DNA of 35,306 nucleotides. Origin: Thelocarpon superellum (lineage: Eukaryota). A program made the translations under genes and the position numbers. Below the pieces are notes generated by a model. That model did not search any database, had not been told where the DNA came from, and saw only the letters and a list, made by a program, of their open reading frames with translations. The stretch is from assembly GCA_026025795.1 (NCBI GenBank), contig JAPEUG010000160.1, forward strand, positions 1-35,306, read 5' to 3'. Each line of letters opens with the position of its first letter. The stretch's first letter is position 1. Of the stretch, positions 1 to 10,228 are shown one piece after another.

Positions 1-372
1 ATGTAGCTTGCAAGGCCTCGCAATGTGAGAGACATTGATGCGCACGACGCGACGAATCGGGCGTTTTCGAGTTCAGGGTGGGAAGCTGGGGCTGGATAAG
101 GTACAGGTGACGGCTGTAGCTCTATATAAAAGACATGTCTCTGGAAGGACAAGGGTGGGACAGGGTAAGATAGATCATCTGAAAGGGGCTTAAAAACTCC
201 CTCGATGAGAAGATGCACCTTTGCTTACGTGTACGTGAACCGGCGCATAAAGATGGAAGGACCCGGGGGTAAGGAGTCCCTGGTCACCGGAGACGAGGCG
301 CCAAGCGGCCTTGAGAACAAGTCAGCAATACGAGGAGGGAGGCCTCGCCTGGCGGGCTCCGCGCATACTCAC
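1..372 (-). other. Probable spliced 5' end of a gene running off the left edge, divergent from the LysM gene
   Basis: On the minus strand there is a GTGAGT donor at 372, a GCTGAC branch at 326-321 and an AAG acceptor at 310. A second strong donor, GTAAGC, lies at 228, with an ATG at 248 (MRRFTYT). The product cannot be identified. Confidence 0.35.
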
Positions 373-786
373 CCTCGCAGAAGTCTGAGGACGAGTACAG
401 TGCTGAGGCGCGCCCGGTACTTGGGACGTCGCAGACCTCGGGTACTCTGCCATGTACCGGTACAAGTCCTCCTCCGCGACAGGTCGAGGCAAGGCAAGGC
501 AAGCTGGCCCGTCACGGGCTGCTGGAGCACCTCTCTTATCAACATTACTGGTACCAGTAAATCATCCGGGATCCACTCCATCACCGCATCCACTCCTGTC
601 ACCGTTCTTACCAACGCTCCCACCGCTACTACCATCACCATGGTCCAGGGGTACTGTTCACCCTCCCAACGTTGACCACGTCCCCTCACCCATCCTTGTG
701 CACTCCGCAGAGCGACAGTGCCGCCCCGTCCATGCTCCACATGCTCCCTTCCCCGACGCCCGCCGCCCTCGTTGGCCCCTCGGATC

Positions 787-2493
787 ATGACCCTTCCCCC
801 CTCCGCCCCGGTCAACTCCTCCACCGACGGCTCCACATCCCTTCGGCCCCGTCAGCGTCGCTTTCTGTCCGCCTTGGATGAGGATCTCCGCGCTGGCACC
901 GGCAATGCCTCATCGGTCAGCACCCCGCTAGTCCCGCACGAGCTCTCACCGCGACCGTCGCGGGCTATCTCGCCCATTCCGCAGACCCATCCCTCACGGT
1001 CCACGGTCCATGGCTCCACGTCCTCGGCTGGGTTCGCGGGTGCGGCACGGGGGGTGGGCGCCGGCTCTTCCCGAGGGGGTGCGCTGTCGCAGACGACCTT
1101 TGCGTCGGGACTGTGGGAGAACTCGTGGTCGACGTTACAAGGCCTAGCATCGAACCTACTCGGCGGAGACGAAGGTGATGGCCGGAACGGAAGGGATAGT
1201 GCGTTTGGTCGACGACGGAAGCGGCCAATGGACGTGCTAAGCAACAAGAACACAGGGCGGAGGACCCCGGTGCATTGGGGGCCCACGCCCGAGGCAGGCA
1301 AGGCCGAGGACCAGATCGGCACCGGGTCACGAGATTCACGAGAGGCCTTGGTCCGGGCAAAGATCCGAGAGGAGATGCTAACGGCCAACGGACACAACCT
1401 ACCAGACGCGTCGGGTAACTACAAACGCCGCTTGTCGGACGATGGGGGCCCTTCCCTCTCCGCCCCCCCGGTCGAGCACGACCCTGACCTCGATCACGAC
1501 GCCTTAGTCTATATCCACCCCGTGCGACCAGACGATACCCTGGCGGGCGTCATCATCCAGTTTCATTGTGAGCCGGCGGCCTTTCGCAAGGCGAACCGGC
1601 TCTGGCCGAACGACAGCATCCAGATGCGAAAGACCGTGGTGCTTCCCGTCGATGCCTGCGCGGTGAAAGGGCGACCGGTCCAAGGTCCGTCGGAGAGCAT
1701 GGATTTTTTGAGCAGCGAGGTATCGGCGTCAGATCCGGCCATGGATGCACCGAGCAGCTGGACGGGCACGACAGCCTCGCCGCCCGCGACCCGTGGACGT
1801 TCCCCTTCGCTCCTGTCATGTGATAATCGGGACGGACCGGCCTGGACCCACGACTCGTGGGTGGCCATCGACGGCCATCCTGGCCCCGTCGAGATTGCCC
1901 GGCTCCCACAGCGGACCCTGGGCTTCTTCCCGCGGCGTCGACGAAAGTCTGTCTCCTACTCCGACCTCACCACGCCGTCCTCCTCGCTGGACCTCTCGCG
2001 TCCGCCCGGACCGTCGGCGCGCCGGGCTAAAGCTCGCTCGGACTCGTCGAGTCTCTTTGAGCAGAAATTACAAGGCCCAGGCGGAGTGGGCTCGCTCGGC
2101 GCCGGCGTGACGACGCCCGGCCCAGGACTGGACCAATTCAACAAGTACTTGGCTCCTCACCTCCCCAACGTCGCCCCGCACGATGGCCTTGACGGCGCGA
2201 GTGGTGGACCGCCGACGGGACTGGATAATGTGGGCAGCGCCATCGAGGGCTGGATGAAGAAGATGGCCACCAGGGCCGCGGCCGCCATGGAGCAGCCAGG
2301 CACGTCGAACGGCGGCGATCGGGCCGCGACGGGCGACTTGATCGAGCTGAGCGACGGCTTGGATGGGTCCGACGATGGCGTTGCGCGCGCGCGCGAAAGC
2401 ACGGGGCGCGAAGACCTCGAGGGCGCCGTCCGCGGTCGGTTTCCCATGCGTGGGAAGACTCGCGACCTGGCGCGGCGCGCCAAGGGCGACTAG
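787..2493 (+). CDS. LysM-domain (CBM50) protein without a signal peptide, 568 aa, intronless
   Basis: The first ATG in the long ORF is at 787. A single LysM motif (YIHPVRPDDTLAGVIIQFHCEPAAFRKANRLWPNDSIQMRKTVVLPV) is flanked by Ser/Pro/Arg-rich low-complexity sequence, as in conserved fungal intracellular LysM proteins. Confidence 0.88.
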   Translation: MTLPPSAPVNSSTDGSTSLRPRQRRFLSALDEDLRAGTGNASSVSTPLVPHELSPRPSRAISPIPQTHPSRSTVHGSTSSAGFAGAARGVGAGSSRGGALSQTTFASGLWENSWSTLQGLASNLLGGDEGDGRNGRDSAFGRRRKRPMDVLSNKNTGRRTPVHWGPTPEAGKAEDQIGTGSRDSREALVRAKIREEMLTANGHNLPDASGNYKRRLSDDGGPSLSAPPVEHDPDLDHDALVYIHPVRPDDTLAGVIIQFHCEPAAFRKANRLWPNDSIQMRKTVVLPVDACAVKGRPVQGPSESMDFLSSEVSASDPAMDAPSSWTGTTASPPATRGRSPSLLSCDNRDGPAWTHDSWVAIDGHPGPVEIARLPQRTLGFFPRRRRKSVSYSDLTTPSSSLDLSRPPGPSARRAKARSDSSSLFEQKLQGPGGVGSLGAGVTTPGPGLDQFNKYLAPHLPNVAPHDGLDGASGGPPTGLDNVGSAIEGWMKKMATRAAAAMEQPGTSNGGDRAATGDLIELSDGLDGSDDGVARARESTGREDLEGAVRGRFPMRGKTRDLARRAKGD

Positions 2494-2789
2494 GGTCCGA
2501 ATCTTCACCGTCTGCAACTGTTTCCTCCCTCGGGTACACCGGCGAGAGGAGCACGGGATGCAGCATCATTCATGATCATTCATTCATTCATGCGCGGCGT
2601 TGGGGGACAGAACATCACAGCGGCCACACGGGCATCCCTGGTCTATACCACGAAAATGAATAGTCAAGTGCTGTTCTGCGCTCCGTAGATATACAAGTAT
2701 GTTTACCCACAACAGCGTGCGTCCTCGAAGGGCGCTATCATCCAACTTCAAACGTCTCCCGCAGCCCTCAGGGGTATATGATGCGGGAC

Positions 2790-3754
2790 CTACACAATGT
2801 CCCCACGGCCCGAACGCGGCGCCATTGGCATCAGCTTCGTATCGCCGCCAGCTCTGGAGTTGTGGCGCTCTGGGCGGGCATCAACAGCCGCCCCGGGTTC
2901 CCCTCGCACCGCACCACGCGGAATCTTCGGCGCCACGAGCCCCGCGACCAGGACGATGAGGACGACAAGGAACTCCATCAGCACCGCCATGCAAGCGTCC
3001 ACGATAACGTCGGGATGGAACAGATCAAAAGTGGTCGAGTTCGTCAAGAAGGCGCAGAGCAGCGAGTACAGGATGCGCACAAAAACCAGCGGGAAGCACG
3101 CAATCGCCGCAACGAGGAGGCGCCGCTCGCCTGCGATGATGGAGCGGTGCTTCAGCGTCGTGGCGCCGATGATGCCGCCCACGACCAGCCCGATCAAGAG
3201 GAAGATGATGGTGGAGACCTTGAGGAGGTTTTGCCCCGTCGAAGATCTTGACGCGTTGCTGCTGCTCTTGTCTGTTCCGCCTATGATTCCGAGTACTACG
3301 CCGACGAGGAGAGGAAGGTGGATCAGGCGGAGGACTTGGGGGGGTATGGCGACGTTGCCGTCTACGGTGCTCTGGTTCCTGTAAAACGAAACAAGGGTCA
3401 GCAGATGAGGAGAAGTCGAAGGGAATATGAAGGGGGTGAGGGTGAAGAGGCGAAGAGTGCGGAGGCGTACAGTCGGATCAGCAACCCCAGCAAGACTTGG
3501 ATCAGGAAGGAGAGGCCGATGCTGTCAAGGATGCCGGAGACGGTCAACAGCGTGGAACTGGGATTGCTTTCCGTCGTGACCGCGATCAAGCAGGCGGAGC
3601 CGGCGATTCGCACGACCGAGAGCACCATGATCCACACCCAGCCCTGCTGTCTGCCGTAGCCATGCTTGGCTGTCACGAACAGGGCCAGGGCGAAGGCGAG
3701 CACATAGAACGCAACCTCGGTGACTGCGAGCTTGCCGATGCTCGAGAGAACCAT
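2790..3754 (-). CDS. Fungal multi-pass integral membrane protein (DUF7702-like), 290 aa, 2 exons
   Basis: Exons are 3754-3471 and 3378-2790. Intron 3470-3379 (GTACGC...GCTGAC...TTACAG) joins the 118-aa and 135-aa ORFs in frame. About 7 hydrophobic segments and the motifs KHGYGRQQGW and FVRILYSLL are present. Confidence 0.8.
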
Positions 3755-4120
3755 CTTGAGAGTGCTGGCAGGTCAGGGAGAGCAAGGAGAAGACTGGCAA
3801 GTCTGGAGGATGTTGCGAGGACGGAGAGGATCACACGGAGAAACAATGTCGGGATTGACAGCAGCGCCCGAAGGACACATCAAGAAGCTTATATCCCATC
3901 GGGCCCTGCCATCATCGCGCGTGTGAAGCGTCATACGCTCAGAGATTGGGACGATCAACATGCCGTGGACGTGGACGTGGACGTAGATGTAGAGGTAGCG
4001 AGCAGCCTCTGGCATGGCACCGGCACTCGTCCCGCATCTCCTAAGGCGGTAAATAACGCGACAGCAGGCCTGGAGATGCAGGAGCGTCAGGGCACGCAGG
4101 ACTAATCATCGTCGCTGCAG

Positions 4121-5075
4121 CTACAGCCATCATGGGCCAATGGGCCCTTTGAAGACACCAGATTGAAGCATTCTCTCGCCGGTGAGTGCGTCTACCAACC
4201 ATGCTGTTTCGGCCGAACTGGATCTGACGGCATTGCAGCGCCACCAGCCGGGGGCCCAAGAGCGCTAACGCGGCGGAATCTTGGGAGCTTGGGGGCGGTT
4301 GGTCTAGGCTTGATCGGGTAACCATTGCGAGCTGAACCCCGAAGTTACGGCATCGCGGCCGCCGACCAGTGGGTGTGCAATGAAGTCGTTACGTGTTGCG
4401 CAGCCTGATTAAAGCTCCATAAGATACTGTGGAGTCGAGATCCAGGCGGTGGAGAAACGGCTGGCGCAGTGGTGTGATGGTTTGACAGGCGATTGGCGGC
4501 ATCGCACGATTGCTACATGCGTGGATGTGGTCGATGATCTGTCTGAAGCGCCGGTGTGGCCTGGGCCGATTCACCACTACACCGATGTCGACAGGGCGAG
4601 CATCGTCAATATCCACGGCACACATCGGATCCATCTGGGTGCCTTGATAGTGCGCTGCCAGGCGTGTCTGGCGCCGCCCAGCGACGTCTTCCGGTATGGC
4701 TCGGCATATGCGGTGGCATACCGGACGATGCAAGCCCAAGCGGACGACATCTGCGCCAGCATGCCCTACCACTGTGGCCTCCAGCTAGGCAAAGATGACG
4801 TGGCGGTCGACCCCGTGGTCCACGCCCCGGGAGCATACCTGCTTCTGATGCCGCTCTTCGTGTGCGTACTGGTCGAAAGCGTCCCGCCCGATCAGCACTG
4901 GTGGATCTCTGGCCGGCTACGAAGTCTTCGCAAGATCTTCGGTATCGACCGGGCCGTGGCGCTGGCCTCCTTGCAATACCCGGGCATCATCTCGGGTTGG
5001 CGGATACTTCCGTTGCATCCGGAGATGGGGGCTTCCCCGGTTACGTCAGGCCACTTTGGAAGAATACTTGTGTAG
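4121..5075 (+). pseudogene. Truncated remnant of a fungal Zn(II)2Cys6-type transcription factor (C-terminal region only)
   Basis: The ORF at 4449-5075 carries C-terminal motifs typical of one C6 TF family (ADDICASMPYH, GAYLLLMPL, QHWWISGRLRSL..FGI) but starts at GTG. Upstream, all three frames contain stops after an intact-looking intron at 4182-4238 (GTGAGT...CTGAC...GCAG). No Zn2Cys6 cluster is visible. Confidence 0.55.
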
Positions 5076-5081
5076 GAGCGC

Positions 5082-5102
5082 GCACGTGATCTAGTCACGT
5101 GC
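5082..5102. promoter_or_regulatory. Inverted pair of E-boxes (GCACGTGA-tctag-TCACGTGC)
   Basis: Perfect 8-bp inverted repeat containing two TCACGTG (Cbf1-type bHLH) sites, about 540 bp upstream of the MCD4 ATG. Confidence 0.45.
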
Positions 5103-5346
5103 TCACTCCTATTACTATCCCAGACTACGCGTAGATTAGCAATCCAGCTCTGATTCCTACAGGAGCAACTATAGAAATTCGTGGGGCACTCCGCGCTTCG
5201 GAGCTTGTCGTCTCCCGTATTCGTGGCACCGTCGACATGCATGATTTGCGATGCCGATCTTACCTAACGCACGGCCAATGAGATTGGTCCGAGCGTCGTC
5301 GCGTTGGGGGACCTTCCTTTGTGCTAATGACTGGGCCAATTAGAGT

Positions 5347-5380
5347 ACTCGTAGGCAAGAAGAACTCGTAGGCAAGAAGA
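5347..5380. repeat. Exact 17-bp tandem duplication (ACTCGTAGGCAAGAAGA x2) in the MCD4 upstream region
   Basis: Read directly from the sequence. Confidence 0.9.
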
Positions 5381-5640
5381 AAGACCCAAAGACCAAGAAA
5401 CTTCGTGTTCGTTTGGCCCAGCTGTCGGCGGTTTGGACGAGCAGGCCCGGGCACGACGGGTACATCTCCAAGGAATCCATCTCTCTTCTCCCTCATCCCA
5501 ATCTTCTCAATGCCCGTGTGCCTTCATCCCGTCTGTCGCTGGACGTGCCGCTCTTTCTCCTAGCCCGGGCCTCTTCCACCTTTTCACCTTTCCACCTTTC
5601 CCCCTCGCCGGTGCGCGGCGACGCCCCCTCCGCCAACGCC

Positions 5641-8600
5641 ATGGCGCATCTCAATCGTTTTGCTTTTCTCGCCATCGCCGTCGTCTTCCACCTGATCTAC
5701 CTCTACTCCATCTTTGACATTTATTTCGTCTCGCCGATCGTCGCCGGCGTCAACCAATTCCGGGTGGAGCGACCTCACGGGGTGGAAGCACCGTCCCGGC
5801 GCCTGGTGCTGTACGTGGGTAGGTAGCAAGCTGCTGGGACGAGTGCAAGGCATCAAGCTAATGATATGTGCGGTAGGAGATGGACTACGCGCCGACAAGG
5901 CCTTTCAATCCTTTCCCGACCCTTCCCCCGCCGATCCGGCCGACCCGGCCGCTCTGAAGCCGCGGCCGCTGATGCCGTTCTTGCGCCAGCGGATCCTCAA
6001 GGACGGCACCTTTGGCGTCTCACACACTCGAATGCCTACCGAGTCCCGGCCGGGCCATGTCGCTTTGATCGCCGGCCTGTACGAAGATGTGTCCGCCGTC
6101 ACGACCGGCTGGAAGCTCAACCCCGTCAACTTCGACAGCGTCTTCAACCGGAGTCGCCACACCTGGAGCTGGGGAAGCCCAGATATTCTTCCTATGTTCA
6201 AGGAGGGCGCGGTCCCTGGAAGAATCGATGCCGACTTCTACGCGGAGGAATTCGAGGATTATACCCTGGACGCCACCCAGCTCGACACCTGGGTTTTTGA
6301 CCGCGTCGAGGCTCTCTTTGCCGCGGCCGCCAGCAACGCGACCCTCGACGCGGCCCTCCGTGAGGATAAATTGGTCTTCTTCCTCCACCTGCTTGGCCTC
6401 GACACCACCGGTCATGCATACCGACCCTACTCGAGGGAATACCTGCACAACATCAAGATCGTCGATCAGGGCGTCCAGAACATCACTCGACTGATCGACA
6501 AATTCTACGGTGACGGCAAGACCTCTTACATCTTCACCGCCGACCACGGCATGAGCGATTGGGGGAGCCACGGCGACGGTCATCCTGACAATACCCGCAC
6601 CCCCTTGATCGCCTGGGGCGCCGGCGTCGCCAAGCCGGTCACGGTGGATGCGGCCCAGGGGAAGGCGGCCGGGCATGAAGACGGATTCTCCTTCGACTGG
6701 GGGCTCCATCAGATTCAGCGGAACGACGTTTCCCAAGCCGATGTGGCCGCGCTCATGGCCTACCTAGCCGGCCTCGACTTTCCCGCCAATTCTGTCGGCG
6801 AGCTGCCCTTAGCCTACGTCGCTGGCACGACCAAGGAAAAGGCCGAGGCGGCGTTCGTTAACGCGCAAAGTATCATGGAGATGTACCGGGTGAAGGAGGA
6901 ACGGAAGAAGTCCACCGAACTCCGGTATCGGCCGTTTCCTCCGCTTGGTGGTGAACAGCGTTCGGCCCATCATCGTATCGCCGAGATTCGTCAATTGATT
7001 GACGCCGGACAAGAGGAGACCGCCATTGCCAACTGCATCGAGCTGATGAAACTTGGTTTGGAAGGGCTTCGTTATTTGCAGACGTACGACTGGCTCTTCC
7101 TCAGGGCCTTGGTCACGGCCGGGTACCTAGGATGGATCGCCTTCGCCTTGACCAGCGTCGTCGATGCACATGTGCTGCATGGCGATGCCAGCACGTCGCG
7201 GACCACGGGCAGCACCACCTTTTTCGCCTCGGTGCTCGTAGCCCTTTATTCCTTTCTCTGGGTGCAAAAGTCCTCGTGGACCTATTTCGCCTACGCGTTG
7301 TTCCCCGTCGTCTTTTGGGAAGAAGTCTACGTGCGGAGGAGAGCCTTAGTGGCGGGTCGCCAGGCTCTCCTCGGCCATGTACATACGGTGCGGGGCTATT
7401 TGAACTTGGGCATCAAAGCGTTGGCGTTTGTGGGTTTGTTAGAAGCGATGGTGAGTTGGATCGGCGGTTTGGGGGGTGCCAATGCTGACTCGATGATTCA
7501 GGTCCAAGGATATCATCAGCGACAGGTTTTTTCCGTGTGTTTCGTGCTCGCAGCTTTCTGGCCGGCTTTGCATGGCCGGGACTTTATTGTCCAGAACCGA
7601 TCGTTGATGCTCACGTGGGGCGGCTGTTGCTTTCTCATGAGCACCTTCACCTTGCTGCCGGTCGTCAAGGTGGAGGATGTGACTTTGATGTGAGCCATGT
7701 CCGACAGTGGGGGTACGTGGCGAGATGCCGTGACTGACGATAGATAGACTTCTGGGAGGTGCGTTGATGTTTGCGGTTGGGGCACTGTACTTGCTCTACG
7801 AAAAGAGCATCGTCAGTGCGTCCAATTCCAAGGGAAATGATGGGATTTCCCGATCGATCTTGGGAGCACAGGTATGACCGTCGGCAGAGTGACAGAGCAG
7901 CTACTCAGATGGAACAGGTTGGCTTGATTGCGCTCGCCATGGTGGTGACTCGATCCAGCGCGTTGTCTCTTCAATCGAAACAGGGGTTGCCCTTGGGGAA
8001 TCAAGTGGTGGGATGGATTGTATTGGGTCAGCACGCCGTGATTTTGGGTGAGATCACGCTGACGAAGAATGCAGTGACATCTCTCGCCATCCCCTTCCTC
8101 CACGGACTGCAACCGAAGAGTCACTATCTCCATCGACTTGTCATCATCTTTCTGACCTTTTCTCCCATCTTCATCATCTTGACCATCTCCTACGAGGGGC
8201 TGTTCTATTTCACCTTTTGCGCCACCCTCGTCACGTGGGTACGCCTCGAGCATCAGCTGTCCAAGTCCACGTCCAAAGCTGCTCGGACGTCCCCCCACGC
8301 CACGCCCACCATGGGTCTCAGCCCACTTGCCCCCGCATTGGCCGCCAGTGCCACGCGGCTCAAGGCCCTTCAACGCCGCGGCGACTACCGGGCACTCACG
8401 CTGGACGACGCACGCATCGCGCTGTTCTTCCTCTTCCTCCTCCAATCCGCCTTTTTCAGCACGGGCAACATCGCGTCCATCTCCTCGTTCTCGCTCGACT
8501 CCGTCTACCGGCTCATTCCGGTCTTCAACCCCTTCTCCCAGGGGGCGCTCCTGGTCCTCAAGCTCCTGATCCCATTCGCCCTTATCTCCGCCAACCTGGG

Positions 8601-8973
8601 GATTCTCAACCGCCGGCTCGGCATGGCGCCGAGCGCTATCTTCATGGTGGTGATGGCGGTGGGAGACGTGTTGACGTTGAATTTCTTCTGGATGGTGCGC
8701 GACGAAGGCAGTTGGTTGGATATTGGCACCAGCATCAGCCATTTCTGCATCGCTAGTCTGCTCTGTGTTTTTGTCGCCGTCCTTGAGGCGGGAAGTGAAG
8801 TGTTTGTGAGTGGTGTGGATGTCGACGTGGGGGAGATGGTGGAGGAGGGGGAGTCAGGACCTGTCGAGGTCGGTAAGACTGATGGGGCGATCACGTCAAA
8901 TGGAAGTGGGGGTATTGGTGGGACGAGTGGAAAGGGAAGGAAAAAGTCGAGCAAAGCCAACGGACGGAAGTAA
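5641..8973 (+). CDS. MCD4: GPI ethanolamine phosphate transferase 1 (PIG-N), 1023 aa, 6 exons
   Basis: Exons are 5641-5818, 5877-7450, 7502-7689, 7748-7871, 7918-8026 and 8075-8973; all introns are GT-AG and the total is 3072 nt in frame. Motifs: SIFDIYF, GDGLRAD, PTESRPGHVALIAGLYED, HLLGLDTTGH, TADHGMSDWGSHGDG, EGSWLDIGTSISHF. Confidence 0.97.
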
Positions 8974-9140
8974 TTACAATAGTAGAATAGTAGAATAGTT
9001 CAACGAGTCACGTCTTCTTCTCATTTTTCTGTACTTGTGTCTTTCTCGGCTATGGATGCAGAGTCTATACAGTATTTCGCATCGTCTGCCTCAATCATCC
9101 TCACCCTTCCTCCCGTCTTTTCCACACTCCCTCCTTCCCT

Positions 9141-9240
9141 CATCCCCCATCCCCCACCCATCCCCCATCCCCCATCCCCCATTCCCCATCCCCCATCCTC
9201 CATCCTCCATCCCCCATCCCCCATCCCCCACCCATCCCAT
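9141..9240. repeat. Imperfect (ATCCCCC)n tandem repeat, about 14 units, between the convergent MCD4 and ATP19 3' ends
   Basis: Read directly from the sequence. It begins 5 bp after the ATP19 stop codon on the minus strand. Confidence 0.95.
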
Positions 9241-9245
9241 CAAAG

Positions 9246-9804
9246 CTAATGTTTCAATTTCTTCTCCTCCGCCTCGGCATTCTTCATGAATTCTCTATGT
9301 GGGAGACGGGAGTCGTTAGCCGTTCATACTAGACGCCGACGTATTCGCCGCATTCGGTGAATCCATCGTATCCACTGCGTTCCATCGGGGAAGAGCAAGG
9401 AATGACGTGAGTAGGAGAAGACGCATAGATGAAGCTCTGGGGAGAACAAGGAGAGGGAATCTCACTTGATGAAATTCTCCTCTTCCGAAGACGTCGCGTT
9501 GATCGGGGGCCCTTGTTCCTTGGTTTTCTTCGCGCCGCTTCCTGAGGTAGAGAGGAACCCTATCGCTGCGACCCCTCCTAGAGTTGCCATTGCCAGCTGA
9601 GAGAAGCAGACAAGGTGTTAGTGAGTGTATGTGGCGCTCTTCTGCTAGACAGGTGGAATGTGGTGGCTTGCGATGTCTGGAAGATGGGAGATGGGGGACG
9701 GGGGACAGCGAGCTTGGACGACGATGGGAAGTAGGAATCACCGATGCTGAACTCACCACGTGCGACCCAACCTGCCGTCCGGCAATGGTGTATTGAACGA
9801 CCAT
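9246..9804 (-). CDS. ATP19: Mitochondrial F1Fo ATP synthase subunit k, 75 aa, 3 exons
   Basis: Exons are 9804-9757, 9596-9466 and 9294-9246, with introns GTGAGT...CTAAC...CAG and GTGAGA...CTAAC...TAG. The spliced product is MVVQYTIAGRQVGSHVLAMATLGG...GPPINATSSEEENFIKEFMKNAEAEEKKLKH, matching the subunit k pattern. Confidence 0.92.
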
Positions 9805-10228
9805 GATCTACGGTGTGAAGAGGTGGAAGAAGAAGGATGCGATCGAGTCGATGTGGGGACAAGGGGCGGAGTTGCAGAGGATGGTCAGCGGGGGAGAGAG
9901 CAAATGGGTGGTGTAGTAAAGTAGCCGCGAGCCAACCTTGTGGTGAGGTCGAAGGGTGGCTCCCGGCAGATCCCGTCTCCCGTCGCGGCACGGAGCCCTC
10001 CGGAGTGGAGCTCGGATGGTCCCGACCATTTTAACCTCGATAGACTACGCCGAGCGTCCCCGGGTTGCCTCACTCTCAACGCCCCCACCATCACATTTTC
10101 AGTCACATGCGGAAAGGAAGTAGGTAAGGACACCGCTCTAAACACAAGATCATAGAGCCAATAATTCCAGTAGGTAGCTTATCCTTCATCATACAAGTGC
10201 AGCCTGCGACGCTCAACATACGGCCACG

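Noticed and set aside
9021..9289. Short ORFs such as MGDGGW repeats and PIPHP repeats
   Set aside because: They are translations of the (ATCCCCC)n repeat. The repeat is also not the TTAGGG telomere unit.
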